The translations under genes and the position numbers were made by a program. This document shows, one piece after another, positions 1 to 11,029 of a stretch of DNA of 64,000 nucleotides. The notes under the pieces were generated by a model. It was not told the origin of the DNA. It saw only the letters and a list, made by a program, of their open reading frames with translations, and did not search any database. The DNA is from Priapulus caudatus (lineage: Eukaryota), in contig NW_014577084.1 of NCBI RefSeq assembly GCF_000485595.1, forward strand, positions 222,575 to 286,574, given 5' to 3'. Numbering within the stretch: position 1 is the first letter of the stretch; each line of letters begins with the position of its first letter.

Positions 1-1513
1 TTTATTTTTTTATTTTTTTATTTTAATTTTAATTGGGGGGGTCCTAGGGCCCCCAGGACCTCCCCCCCCCTGGCTACGCGCTTGTGGTGGTGGTGTTGTT
101 GCAATTAGTATCCGGACATTTCGCCTTCATATGCCGTGATCTCAGAATCAGTAAACACCTTTCAGTATCTTTTTCCTGCTTGAATTTTGACGCATTAACA
201 ACTCGGCGTTATCCTCTATAATGCCTGTAACTATTATTACGAACCACGCATACATTCTGTAATGCCCGTATCGGCACAAGCGACTCGATCTGGTAATGCG
301 ATAGCTAAGCAGAAGTGAGAGCTAACCCCGAGACACCGACTGTCCTCGCGATGTCCATCTTTTGTGCTCTGGCCGTAATCTCGTATTCCTGCCATTATTT
401 GGAGCGCTTGTGCAGGCAGGAGGTGGCTCTATTGTTGTGTCCGGTCATGGCAACCCTCCCATGTTGGCACGGTTGTGTATGGCTGCGACAGTACGCTGCG
501 CTTGCCGCATCGCTAGTCCCGTCGTCTGTCTTCCGTGCACGGGTCGGTATGCGCAAGCTGCGCTATAAAAGCCAAGGCCCGCTGGTTCAGGCCACAGTTC
601 AAGTTCGGTCGGCAGCAGGATTAGTTTGGCTACATATACAACGAGTGTACAAGATATAGCACAGGTAAGTACGTCGATTGGTGATGATGTGTTGTGCAAA
701 TGGACATAGCGTCATACGCGGACCAAGTCTAAAGAAGCGAGTGTTCCGCTAGAATCAGAGACGGGCTATATCTACGGAAAATCAAGACGTACGCGTGCTC
801 TGCGCTTCTAGTTTACAGAGAACACTGCGAGCTCAGTTGGAGAGGCAGCAGGGTTTGATATAGGACTGCATTGTATCTTAGGCAGCTCATCGAAACGTTA
901 ACGATTTTCAGCAGTTCAGTTTTTCATATCTATACCCACAATTATCATCGGTATGACATTTGTTAGAATATACGCTTGTGAAAACCGACATAGTTTCCTA
1001 TACGATTTATAAAAAAGATCTAGTAAAATCGTGTTTATCTAAACGCATCATAACGTCGTCGACTGTCAGCCTCTTCTAGGTTAAGCAAATACGTCGGCAT
1101 GGCTGCGGTTAGCACGTGTGTCAGCGCGCTGGTGCACGCTATGGTACGTGCACGCGCAGCAGCTATTGCTTTTGTTGCCGATAGCGCGCTACCGGTCTTC
1201 CGGGTTCATAACAGCCGGCCGCTGCGTTGAAAACATTGCTCCGGCGTGATAAGTAGATATCGGCGGTATGAGTCGAATTCGAATTGCAACTGTACGTGTG
1301 CACGGGTTAGCATAGCGATGCGTTACACTAGCTCGATCTGCGATTGACTTACTGTTGTAGTAGTCGATGTTCGTTGATTTTTTTTTTAGTCAGTTGTTGA
1401 ATTTCACTGTCCGCTGCAAGCGGTATACTATTGAGCGCAGCGGCATTACACTGCATTCGAAACTACAATGTATTGTTATTTTTATTACAGTGTTACATTC
1501 CGTGAAGAGCGAG

Positions 1514-2598
1514 ATGACGAAGATTTTGGCAGCCCTGGTGCTGTGCTCGGTAAGTGATCAATCTTTCCGTTTTAAACTGGACACAACGTCGAATTATAAT
1601 AATTGAGCATGCAATGCCACGTGTCCGGTATCATTGGCATGCGAGTGTATTTTGGTTTCGTTAATTTATTTGTTACCTAAATGCTTTTCTAAACTTCTGC
1701 TCTGAGATTGCGCAGAGCAATAAATTGAGTGAATTAAATAAATGGCTTATCAAATGATTAGGTAAATATCAAGATCACATAAGTCACCTAACCATTCATA
1801 GATTTCGTTGAATAGTCTTTACTTACCAACGGCACTTCTTGGCTACTGCAGATAGCGGCCCTAGCACACAGTGAGGGTTACGGATATAAACCGTCATATT
1901 ACTACGGCTTCCTCCACAAACACACAACGACGACGCACTCGCCATACGTCTACTTCAAAAGACACACCATCCCTTACGAAGACCTGTACGAATCAACCTA
2001 CACTGACCATTACGTCTTCCATACCCCTAGTCCTTGTTACGGCTACCACTGCGATGGAGGATATGGTGGCGGTGGCGGTGACTATGGTGGTGACTATGGG
2101 GGTGGCGTAGGAGTTGGAGGTGGATATTCTAGCGGCGGTAGCGGTGGCGGAGGTGGATATTCTAGCGGCGGTAGCGGTGGCGGAGGAGGCTACGGCAATG
2201 ACATCAGCGGTGGCTACGGTAGCCAGAAAGGCTACGAGGCCAGATTGGCCAACACTGGTAGTAGCAACGATGGTTACGCAGACTATGGTAAAAACAGCGG
2301 CGGCTATGGCAACACCAACAACAACGACGGCGGCTATGGCACCACCAACAACAACAACAACAACAACGACTATGGCAGCAACAACAACAACAACAACAAA
2401 GGATATGGTGATAACGGCAAGAGCGAGGCCTATGCTGACTACGGTCCCAGCGGAGGTCACGGCGGTGACAACAACAACAACAACCAGGGAGGCTATGGCA
2501 GCAAAGACAATGGCGGCTATGGCGACAACAATAACGGCGGCTATGGCAGCAGCGACAATAGCGGCTATGGCGGCAACAAAGATGGCGGCTATGGCGGC
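1514..2598 (+). CDS. N-terminal part of a secreted Gly/Tyr-rich ZP-domain extracellular matrix/cuticle protein (exons 1514-1549 and 1852-~2598; clean sequence breaks off)
   Basis: ATG at 1514, GTAAGT donor at 1550, CAG acceptor ending 1851. Spliced product MTKILAALVLCS-IAALAHSEGYGYKPSYYYGFLHKH... looks like a signal peptide followed by a His/Tyr/Thr-rich stretch and GGYG/NNDGGYG repeats, in frame with ORF 2245-2733. Repeats stop abruptly at an (AT)n run near 2599. Confidence 0.8.
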
Positions 2599-4565
2599 AT
2601 ATATATATATGACCATTATACGTATTCCGGTAATAGATATATGGGATATCATAAGCTCTTAAGCCGTCAGGTGTGCATTGAGTTCGAGGTTAAGGTTTTC
2701 GGTGACCTTACAATCACGGCTGCCGTATTGTGAATTTTAGTAGGTTGACCTCATTCATTTGTCGAAAACTTTTATTATCAGGCAATATTATATATATATA
2801 TCGATTATAATCTGTTGAATTGTTAAACTCAAATTAACCAAAGCGGTATAAAAGAAAAGAAAAAGTGGGAAGCTTAAAATGTAGGTAAAGAAACAATACT
2901 TGGATATGAGAATGTAAAATGGAGTTGAATTATATGCCTATTAGAGCCTAAGTGTGTACGCGGTACACATCCTAGATACTTATGCCGCAGAAATCTGCTC
3001 CCTACGAATCCCCAGGAACTTCGCTGGCATTACCAAATCTGTACCCGGTTCAGTGATGATCCGCAAGAATGTCATATTACAAAATTTATATCACGTATAT
3101 TATTATGTTATTGTGCCTTTGTTCGATCGTAAATGAAGGTTATATAGCAACTTTGAACCCTTGAAATATTATTATTACTATGCGACCTGTCCCTAAAAAA
3201 CAACGGACATGTGTACCTTTCCTTTGAATTACCTATAATTAATATTAAGAATTAAGTAAATAATGAACCGTAAAGCAAAAAGCTCACACCGCAAATTACA
3301 AGCAAGACGCGTCACATGAGTGTTTTCACATTATCATATTTTCGCTATACTGTTTAAACAGAGTGAAATGAGTTGAAAAAATTCTTTACAACCCACATAC
3401 TACTTCGCTTTCTAAATGATTGTCGAGTCAGAATACGGTGGCAATAGACACTTACCACATTATCGCAATCTGTACCCACGTAATACATGCATGTTCTCAT
3501 AACAAGAGAGCGTTGTTATTAATCACGATGATAACTGAATACCAGTTTTTGTTACGTAACGCGTTTGTAGTATACATGAATCAAGTTCCCTTTCCGTGTG
3601 AGCTAATAATCCTCCTTGCACTCGACACGATGACATTTTTGTGGTGTACTTTTAATTACAAGTCATTTTGTGTCAAATATAATTAGTACATCGCAGAAAT
3701 AATAACACGTGTATTTATTAAACAGTTACAAATGTAATTATTGTTGTAATAATGATATTATTATTATTATCATCATCATTATTATCATCATCATCATCAT
3801 CACTAGGGTAGTAGTATTGCAAATGCTGTAGTAGGATCCACATGCTGTCGTGATGATATACCACAGATTTTAACAACAGATACATTGGGAAACTGAGGTA
3901 CTGCAAGTGTTCTAACTAATAATAACATAAAAACATGAAATGTTTGACTGGAAATTAGAAAATCATTACGTTGAATAATTTTTAGTAGCAAAATCCACAT
4001 TTTCCACAAGTGAATAAAGCTATAAATTAAGTGAATATGTGTTAGATTGTAAATAGCAACAAAATCCCAATACTCAAAATAGATTTTCAGTGAAGATGCA
4101 CTAAAAGTATATACTACCCCATGGCGCTCTCCTTAGCCAAAAAGCTTAGACAGCTAAGAAATTATTTTGGGGGCTAACATATAGTTTTCTACAAAAATTT
4201 ACACAATAGAAGAAAAGGTAACATTAAACAATACTAGGAAAAGATTTTAACTCTAGGTAGCAGGTATCCACATGGGGAATAGTAGCATATATCCACATAT
4301 TGAAATTCTAGATTTTAGAGCATATTTAGTTGAATAAAATATAAATACTGTTATTTCATTTAGAGAAACATCAGGTGCGATTCGCACACTTAAATTTTTA
4401 TAAATAGTGACCTATTGCTTTATTTGTCCAATGTAAAGTTTTCCCACCAAAAGTAATGATCATCTATTTATACATATAGTAGCAAATATCCACAAGTTAT
4501 TTATCATAAATGTGGATATTTATTACTGATGTTCTTTGGTTCTGGTTTTCGTTTTAATTTAGGTG

Positions 4566-4577
4566 CTCGCTCTCGCA

Positions 4578-4646
<69 letters not shown>

Positions 4647-4826
4647 GCTCNNNNNNNNNNNNNNNNNNNNNNNNNGTTCTTCGCTCGCCTCTCCCTCTCT
4701 TCCCTCCTCCCCGGTCTCTCGCTCGCTCTCTCTCGGCCTCGCTGCGCTCTCTCTCTCGCTCTCGTTCTCGCGCTCTCTCTCTCTCTCTCTCTCATTCGCC
4801 TCTCTCTCTCTCTCTCTCCTTTGCTC

Positions 4827-4857
<31 letters not shown>

Positions 4858-5548
4858 TGCTCGCTCTCTCTCTCACTCTTTCTCGCTATCTCTCACTCTC
4901 TCGCTCTCGTTCTCTCGCTCTCGTTCTCTCTTCTGCGCGCTCTATCTCTCTCTCTTTCTCTCTCGCTCGATCTCTCTCTCTCTCTCTCTTTCTCTCTCGC
5001 TCTCGCTCACTTTCTCTCTCGCTCGCTCTCTCTCACTTCTCTCGCCTCTCCTCTCCTCTCTCGCCCTCGTCTCTCGCTCTCTGTTCTCTCGCTCTCGTTC
5101 TCTCTTCCGCGCTCTCTTCTCCCCTCTCTTTCTCTCTGGCCTTCCGCCTTCCTGCCCTTCTTGATTCCCTTCCTTTATCTCTCTCTCTCTTCCTCTCGTC
5201 TCTCTTTCTCTCTCGCTCTCTCTCTCTTTCTCTCTCGCCTCTCTCTCTCTCTTTTTTCTCTCTCGCTTACTCTCTCTCTTTTCTCTCTTGCTCTTGCCCT
5301 CTTTTTCTTTCTCGCTCTCTCTCTCTTTTTTTCTCTCGCTCACACTCGCTCTCGTTCTCTCTCTGCGCGCGCGCTCGCTCTCTCGCTCTCTCTCTCTCGC
5401 CTGTTATTCTCTCTTCTCGCTCGTCTCTTCTCGCTCTCTTCTCCCTCTCTCTCCCTCTCCCTCTCTTCCCTCGCCTCGCGCGCCCCTCTCTCTCTCTTGC
5501 TCTCTTCTAACTCTCTCTCTCACTCTCCGCTCTCTTCTCTCTCTCTTC

Positions 5549-5585
<37 letters not shown>

Positions 5586-5620
5586 CTCACTCGCTCTCTC
5601 TCACTCTCGCGCGCGCGCTC

Positions 5621-5669
<49 letters not shown>

Positions 5670-5736
5670 TCGCCCTCTCTCTTCACTCTTCTCGCTCTTC
5701 TCTCACTCTCTCGCTCTCGTTATCTCCCCGCTCTCT

Positions 5737-5775
<39 letters not shown>

Positions 5776-5807
5776 GCTCGATCTCCTCTCTCTCGCTTTC
5801 TCTCTCG

Positions 5808-5838
<31 letters not shown>

Positions 5839-5839
5839 T

Positions 5840-5879
<40 letters not shown>

Positions 5880-6129
5880 GCCTTCTATCCTTTTCTCTTT
5901 CGCTTCTCTCTCTCTCTTTCTCTGTCGCTCACACTCACCTTCTCGTTCTCTCTCTCCTCGCGCGCTGCTCGCTCGCTCTCCCTCTTCTCTCTCTCTCTTC
6001 TCTCTCTTTTTGCTGTCGTTCTCTCTCTCTCGCGTGCGCTCGCTCGTTCTCTCTCCCTCTCTCTCTCGCTCTCTCTCACACTCTCTCGCTCTCGCTCGCT
6101 CGCGATCTCTCTCGCTCTCGCGATCTTTT

Positions 6130-6163
<34 letters not shown>

Positions 6164-6434
6164 GCTCTCTCTCTCTCTCCTCGTTCTCTTGCTCTCTCTC
6201 TCTTTCCTCTCGTTCTCCCTCTCTCTCTCGCGTGCGCTCGCTCGCTCGCTTCTCTTCTCTCTCTCTCGCTCTTGCTCTCGTACTATTTTCTCTCTCTCTC
6301 TTTCTCTCTTTCTCTCTCTTCTCGTCTCTCTCTCTCTCTCTCTCGGCTTACACACTGCTCTCTCTCTCTCTCGCGCGCTCTCTCTCACACCCACTGTCTT
6401 TCTCTCTCCGCTCTCTCTCGCTCTCTCTGACGCG

Positions 6435-6475
<41 letters not shown>
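4566..6475. repeat. Imperfect (CT)n microsatellite tract with N-gap
   Basis: About 1.9 kb of CT/CTCG repeats; bracketed by two similar ~42-bp sequences (4522-4563 and 6502-6544). Confidence 0.95.
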
Positions 6476-6476
<1 letters not shown>

Positions 6477-7148
6477 ATTATATTATGATGTATTATATTA
6501 TATTACTTAGGTTCTTTGCTTCTGGTTTCGTTTTTTAATTTAGGGAACTAGTATTACATTTCACTATTCTATGAAGCAATATTATTTCGCATTATGTCAG
6601 ATTATATAACTTCTCAGCCCAATGAACAGTGGAATCATTCAAATTAAAAGATTGATATTGCAAAAATGTTCAAGCAGTTCTACAATGTAAATAATTAACT
6701 TAAAAAATTTTGCATTTATCTTTCAGATATAACACGTTTTAGAAGGAAAGCAGAGGCTTAATGAATCTCTGTGTCAGAAAATTCCGTTGTTTTTGTTGAA
6801 AGAAACCATTGTTCAAACAGCGTCTCTTAGCCAACTAATTCTTGGCTAACCAATGAGATCATAAGAAATGCGAGTAGCAAAATCCACATTTAGCTAGCAG
6901 AAAATCCACAATTAGAGCCAATCCACTTAGTAGCAATATTATCCACAAAACAAGGCCAGAAATCCACAACCATTCTAATCATCATCATTCATACCTCATC
7001 AAGAATAATAATCACATAATCATCATCAATTATCATGTGTTGTTTTTGTTGTTGTTCGTTGTTGTTGTTGGTCCTTGGTTGGCGTGTGGTGGGGGTGCGT
7101 GGTGTCGTGTGGTAGCTGTGGCGGGGTGGCGGCCGCTGGTGGTCGTGT

Positions 7149-7491
7149 CAAGGGCGTAGCAGGATATTTGGATGTGGGAGGGGGCGTCCTCGAGCGATAA
7201 CAAGGGTCGGGTGGCGTCTGAATTTTTTTTTTTCTTAAATTAAACAAGTAAGTGCTTTAAAATCAATTTAGACGCTGTTTTGGTTGACAATGACTATTTT
7301 CTCTGGCAGCTCATACAACGACAGCCTAACCCGACCATGCTGTGCTGACCTAACGTCAATATACACAGGATAATTTTGAAATTGCTTTCAAACTACAAAA
7401 ATACAAATTATTTTTTGTTTTTTTTTATTTTTGATTTTATAATTGGGCGGGTCCTAGGGCCCCAGGACTCCCCCCCTGGCTACGCTGCTTG
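7149..7491. mobile_element. Putative MITE with caag.gcgtagc...gctacgc.cttg ends; its right end is also at window positions ~1-84
   Basis: Left end caagggcgtagcagg (7149) is the imperfect inverse of cctggctacgctgcttg (~7475-7491); clean right end cctggctacgcgcttg at 69-84. Confidence 0.45.
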
Positions 7492-10400
7492 TCGTGCGTG
7501 GTGTTGTTGCCAATTAGGTATCCGGACATTTCGCCTTCATATGCGTGATCTCAGAATCAGTAAACACCTTTCAGTATCTTTTTCCTGCTTGAATTTTGAC
7601 GCATTAAACAACTCGGGTTATCCTCTAAATGCCTGTAACTATTATTACGAACACGGCATACATTCTGTAAGTGCCGTATCGGCACAAGCCGACTCGATCT
7701 GCGTATGCGATAGCTAAGCCAGAATGAGAGCTAACCCGAGACACGACTGTCCTCGCCGATGTCCATACTTTTGTGCTCTGCGTATAATCTCGTATTCCTG
7801 CATTATTTGCGAGCGCTTGTGCATGCAGGAGTGGCTCTATTGTTGCTGTCCGGTATGAACCCTCCATGCTTGGCGACGGTTTGTGCTATGGCTGCGACAG
7901 ATACGCTGCGCTTGCCGCCCATGCGGCATAGTCCCGTCGTCTGTCTTCGTTGGCACGGGTCGGTATGCGCAAGCTGCCGCATAGAAAGCCAAGGCCGCTG
8001 TTTTCAGGCACATGTTCAAGTTCGGGTCGGCCAGCCACGGATTCAGTTTGGCTACCATATACAACGAGGTGCCTACAAGTATAGCCACAGGTAAGTACGT
8101 CGATTGGTGATGATGTGTTGCTGCAGACATGCGACATAGCGTCATACGGCCGACCAATCTAAAGACGCGAGCTGTTCCTCGCTAGAATCAGAGGACGGGC
8201 TATATCTATACGGGAAAATCAAGACTACGCGTGCTCTGCGCCTCTAGTTTACAGAGAACACTGCGCAGCTCAGTTGGAGATGGCAGCAGGGTTTGATATA
8301 GGACTGGCATCGTATCTTAGGCAGCTCATCGAAACGTTAAACGATTTTCAGAGTTCAGGTTTCATATCTATACCCACATTCATCATCGGGTATGACATTT
8401 GTCTAGAATATACGCTTGTGAAAAACCACATGAGTTTCATATACGCATTTATAAAGAAGATCTATAAAATCAGTGGTTTATCTAAACGCCATCCATAACG
8501 CTCGGTCGCACTGTCAGCCTCTTCTTAGGCTTAAGCAAATACGTCGCGCATGGTCGGTTAGCACGTGTGTCAGCCGCGCTGCGTGCCACGCTATGGTACG
8601 TGCACGCGCGCACAGCTATTGCTTTTCGTTGCGATAGCGCGCTACCGCCGTCTTCCGGGTTATAACAGCCGCGCCCTGCGTGAAAACATTGCCTCCGGCG
8701 TGATAAGTAGATATCGGCGGCTATGAGTCGAATTCCGAATGCAAACATTGTACGTGCTGCACGGGTTAGCCATAGCGAGCGTTACACTAGGCCTCGATCT
8801 GCGATTTTGATTACTGTTGTAGTAGTAGATGTTCGTTGGATTTTTTTTTTAGTCAGTGTTGGAATCTTCACTGTCCGCTGCAAGCGGTTGGCCTCGTTAT
8901 CACTTGAATTTTCTGAGCGCGCGCCCGTCATCGGCTCTAGCCGGCATTTACTTACTCATCCTGCATCTTCAGCCAACTACGTACAATGGGTATTCGCTTA
9001 CTTTTGTGCTCTTTTTATACAGTGTTACACTTCCCTCCCGGTGCTCTTTCAGAAGAGACATGTGATGACGGAACGTTTTGGCAAGGCTATGGTGCGCTTC
9101 CGTCGCGCTCGGTAACCGTGCTCATCCATCTATTCCGTTTTAACTGGACAACAACCGTCGAATATATATAATAATTGAGCATCAATGCCCACGTGTCCCG
9201 TCCGCTCAACCCAGCCCCACATCGTATTGGGCATTCGCCCCGCCCGTGCGCGCGCCCGGACGGCTGTCCGCCCCTGCGACGTCTTGGTGTATTTGCGTTT
9301 CCGGTTAATTTATTTCGTTTACCTAATATGCTCTTTTCTAAACTTCGGCTCGTGAGATTGCGCCCGAGCAATAAATTTGCAGTGTCAATTAAATAAATGG
9401 CTTTACCAAATGATTAGCCGCGTAAATATCAAGTAATCACATAAGTCAGCCTAACCCATTCATAGATTTCGTTGAATACAGTCTTTACTTCACCAACGGA
9501 AACTTCTGGCTACTGCAGATAGCGCGCGGCCCTAGCACACAGTGAGGGGGCTGTACGGAATATAACCGTCACTATTACTACGGCCTATCCTCCACAAACA
9601 CACCCAACGACGATCGCACTCGCCATACCCGTCTCTACTTCAAAAGACACACCAGCATCCCTTACGAAGACCGTACGAATCAAGCCGTACACTGACCATA
9701 CGTCTTCATACCCCTAGTCCTCCCGATGTTACGGGCACCAGCGATGCGAGAGGATATGGTGGCACGGTGGCGCCGCGGTTTGACTTTGACTTGGTGTGAC
9801 TATGGGGGGAAGACCCCCGTAGAGGTTGGCGGCGTGGATATTTAGGCGGCGAGCCGGTTATTATAGCGGTGTTTGGTCTGGCGGAGTGTGGATATTCTAG
9901 CGGCGGTTTTAGCGTGGCGGAGGAGGAGGCTACGCAATGACACCAGCGGTGGCCATTGGCTTACGAGTAGCCAGAAAGGCTACGATGGCCAGATGCGCCA
10001 AACACTGGTGAGTAGCCAACGATGCTCCGTTACGCAGACTATTGGTAAAAAACAGCGGGGGCCGGCTATGGCACACACCACAACAACGACGGCGGCTATC
10101 GGCACCACCAACAAACAACACAACAACGATCTATGCGCAGCAACAACAACAACAACAACAACAAAGGATATGCTGATAACGCAAGAGGCGAGGCCTATCG
10201 TCTGCACTGACGGTCCCAGCGGAGGTCCACGGCGGTGACAACAACAACACACAACCACGGGAGGCTATGGCAGCCAAAGACAATGGCCCCGGCCTATGGG
10301 GGACAACACATAACGGCGCTAATGGCGGCAGCCGACCAATAGCGGCTATGCGCGGCCAACAAAGATGCTGGCCTATGGCGGCCACAATAATGGCGGACGT

Positions 10401-11029
10401 TATGCGCAAACGCAACAATGGCCGGCTATGGCGGCAACAAGATGGCGGCTTATTGGCGCAACGACAATGGCGGCTATGGCGGCAACAATGATAGGCGGCT
10501 ATGGCGCAACAATGATGGTACCGGCTATGGCGGCAACAGATGATGGGCGGCGTATGGCGGAACAATGCATGGCGCTATGGCGCGCAACAATGATGGCGGC
10601 AGTATGGCGGCAACAAAGATGGCTGGCCCTATGGCGGACGCAACAAATCTATTCAAGGGCTATTCGGCGAACCCAGGATACGATCCGGCTGTACATGCAG
10701 CAGGAGGAGGAGGAGGAGGGAGGCGGCGCGCTACGGAGAGTAGCTTTGCTGTGCATTGGAGCGCCATGGCGGCGGCATCGTGGCGTGACAGCGGATCATG
10801 AGAGGTCGGCCAAGAGCCGGTCTTTCACGGGGAGGCGAAGTCGGAGCTACGTTCTCTAATTCTCTGGTCGACCGAGCGATTGGGGCGGCGGCAGTGTGCC
10901 TCCCAGGATACCGAAACAACTCACGGCATCGGCCTTTTTACCCGACGTATCCGTGCAGGCTACGGCGGCGCGTGGCGCGATATCTGGAACAAGGGACAAC
11001 GCAGTTAGCCACACGAGCAATTCCCCCGG
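7400..11029 (+). other. Noisy, indel-riddled duplicate of 1-2600 and of ~11030-11440 (probable raw long-read gap fill)
   Basis: Colinear with 1-2600 (e.g. 7450 gtcctagggccccaggac vs 41; 9510 ctactgcagatagcg vs 1843). It runs on into a copy of the ...aaatctattcaag...gcagcaggaggag segment (10645 vs 11123). Differences are mostly scattered 1-2 nt indels. Confidence 0.8.

Noticed and set aside
4529..6510. Long Ser/Leu- and Arg/Glu-rich ORFs (up to 449 aa)
   Set aside because: Translations of a stop-free (CT)n tract.
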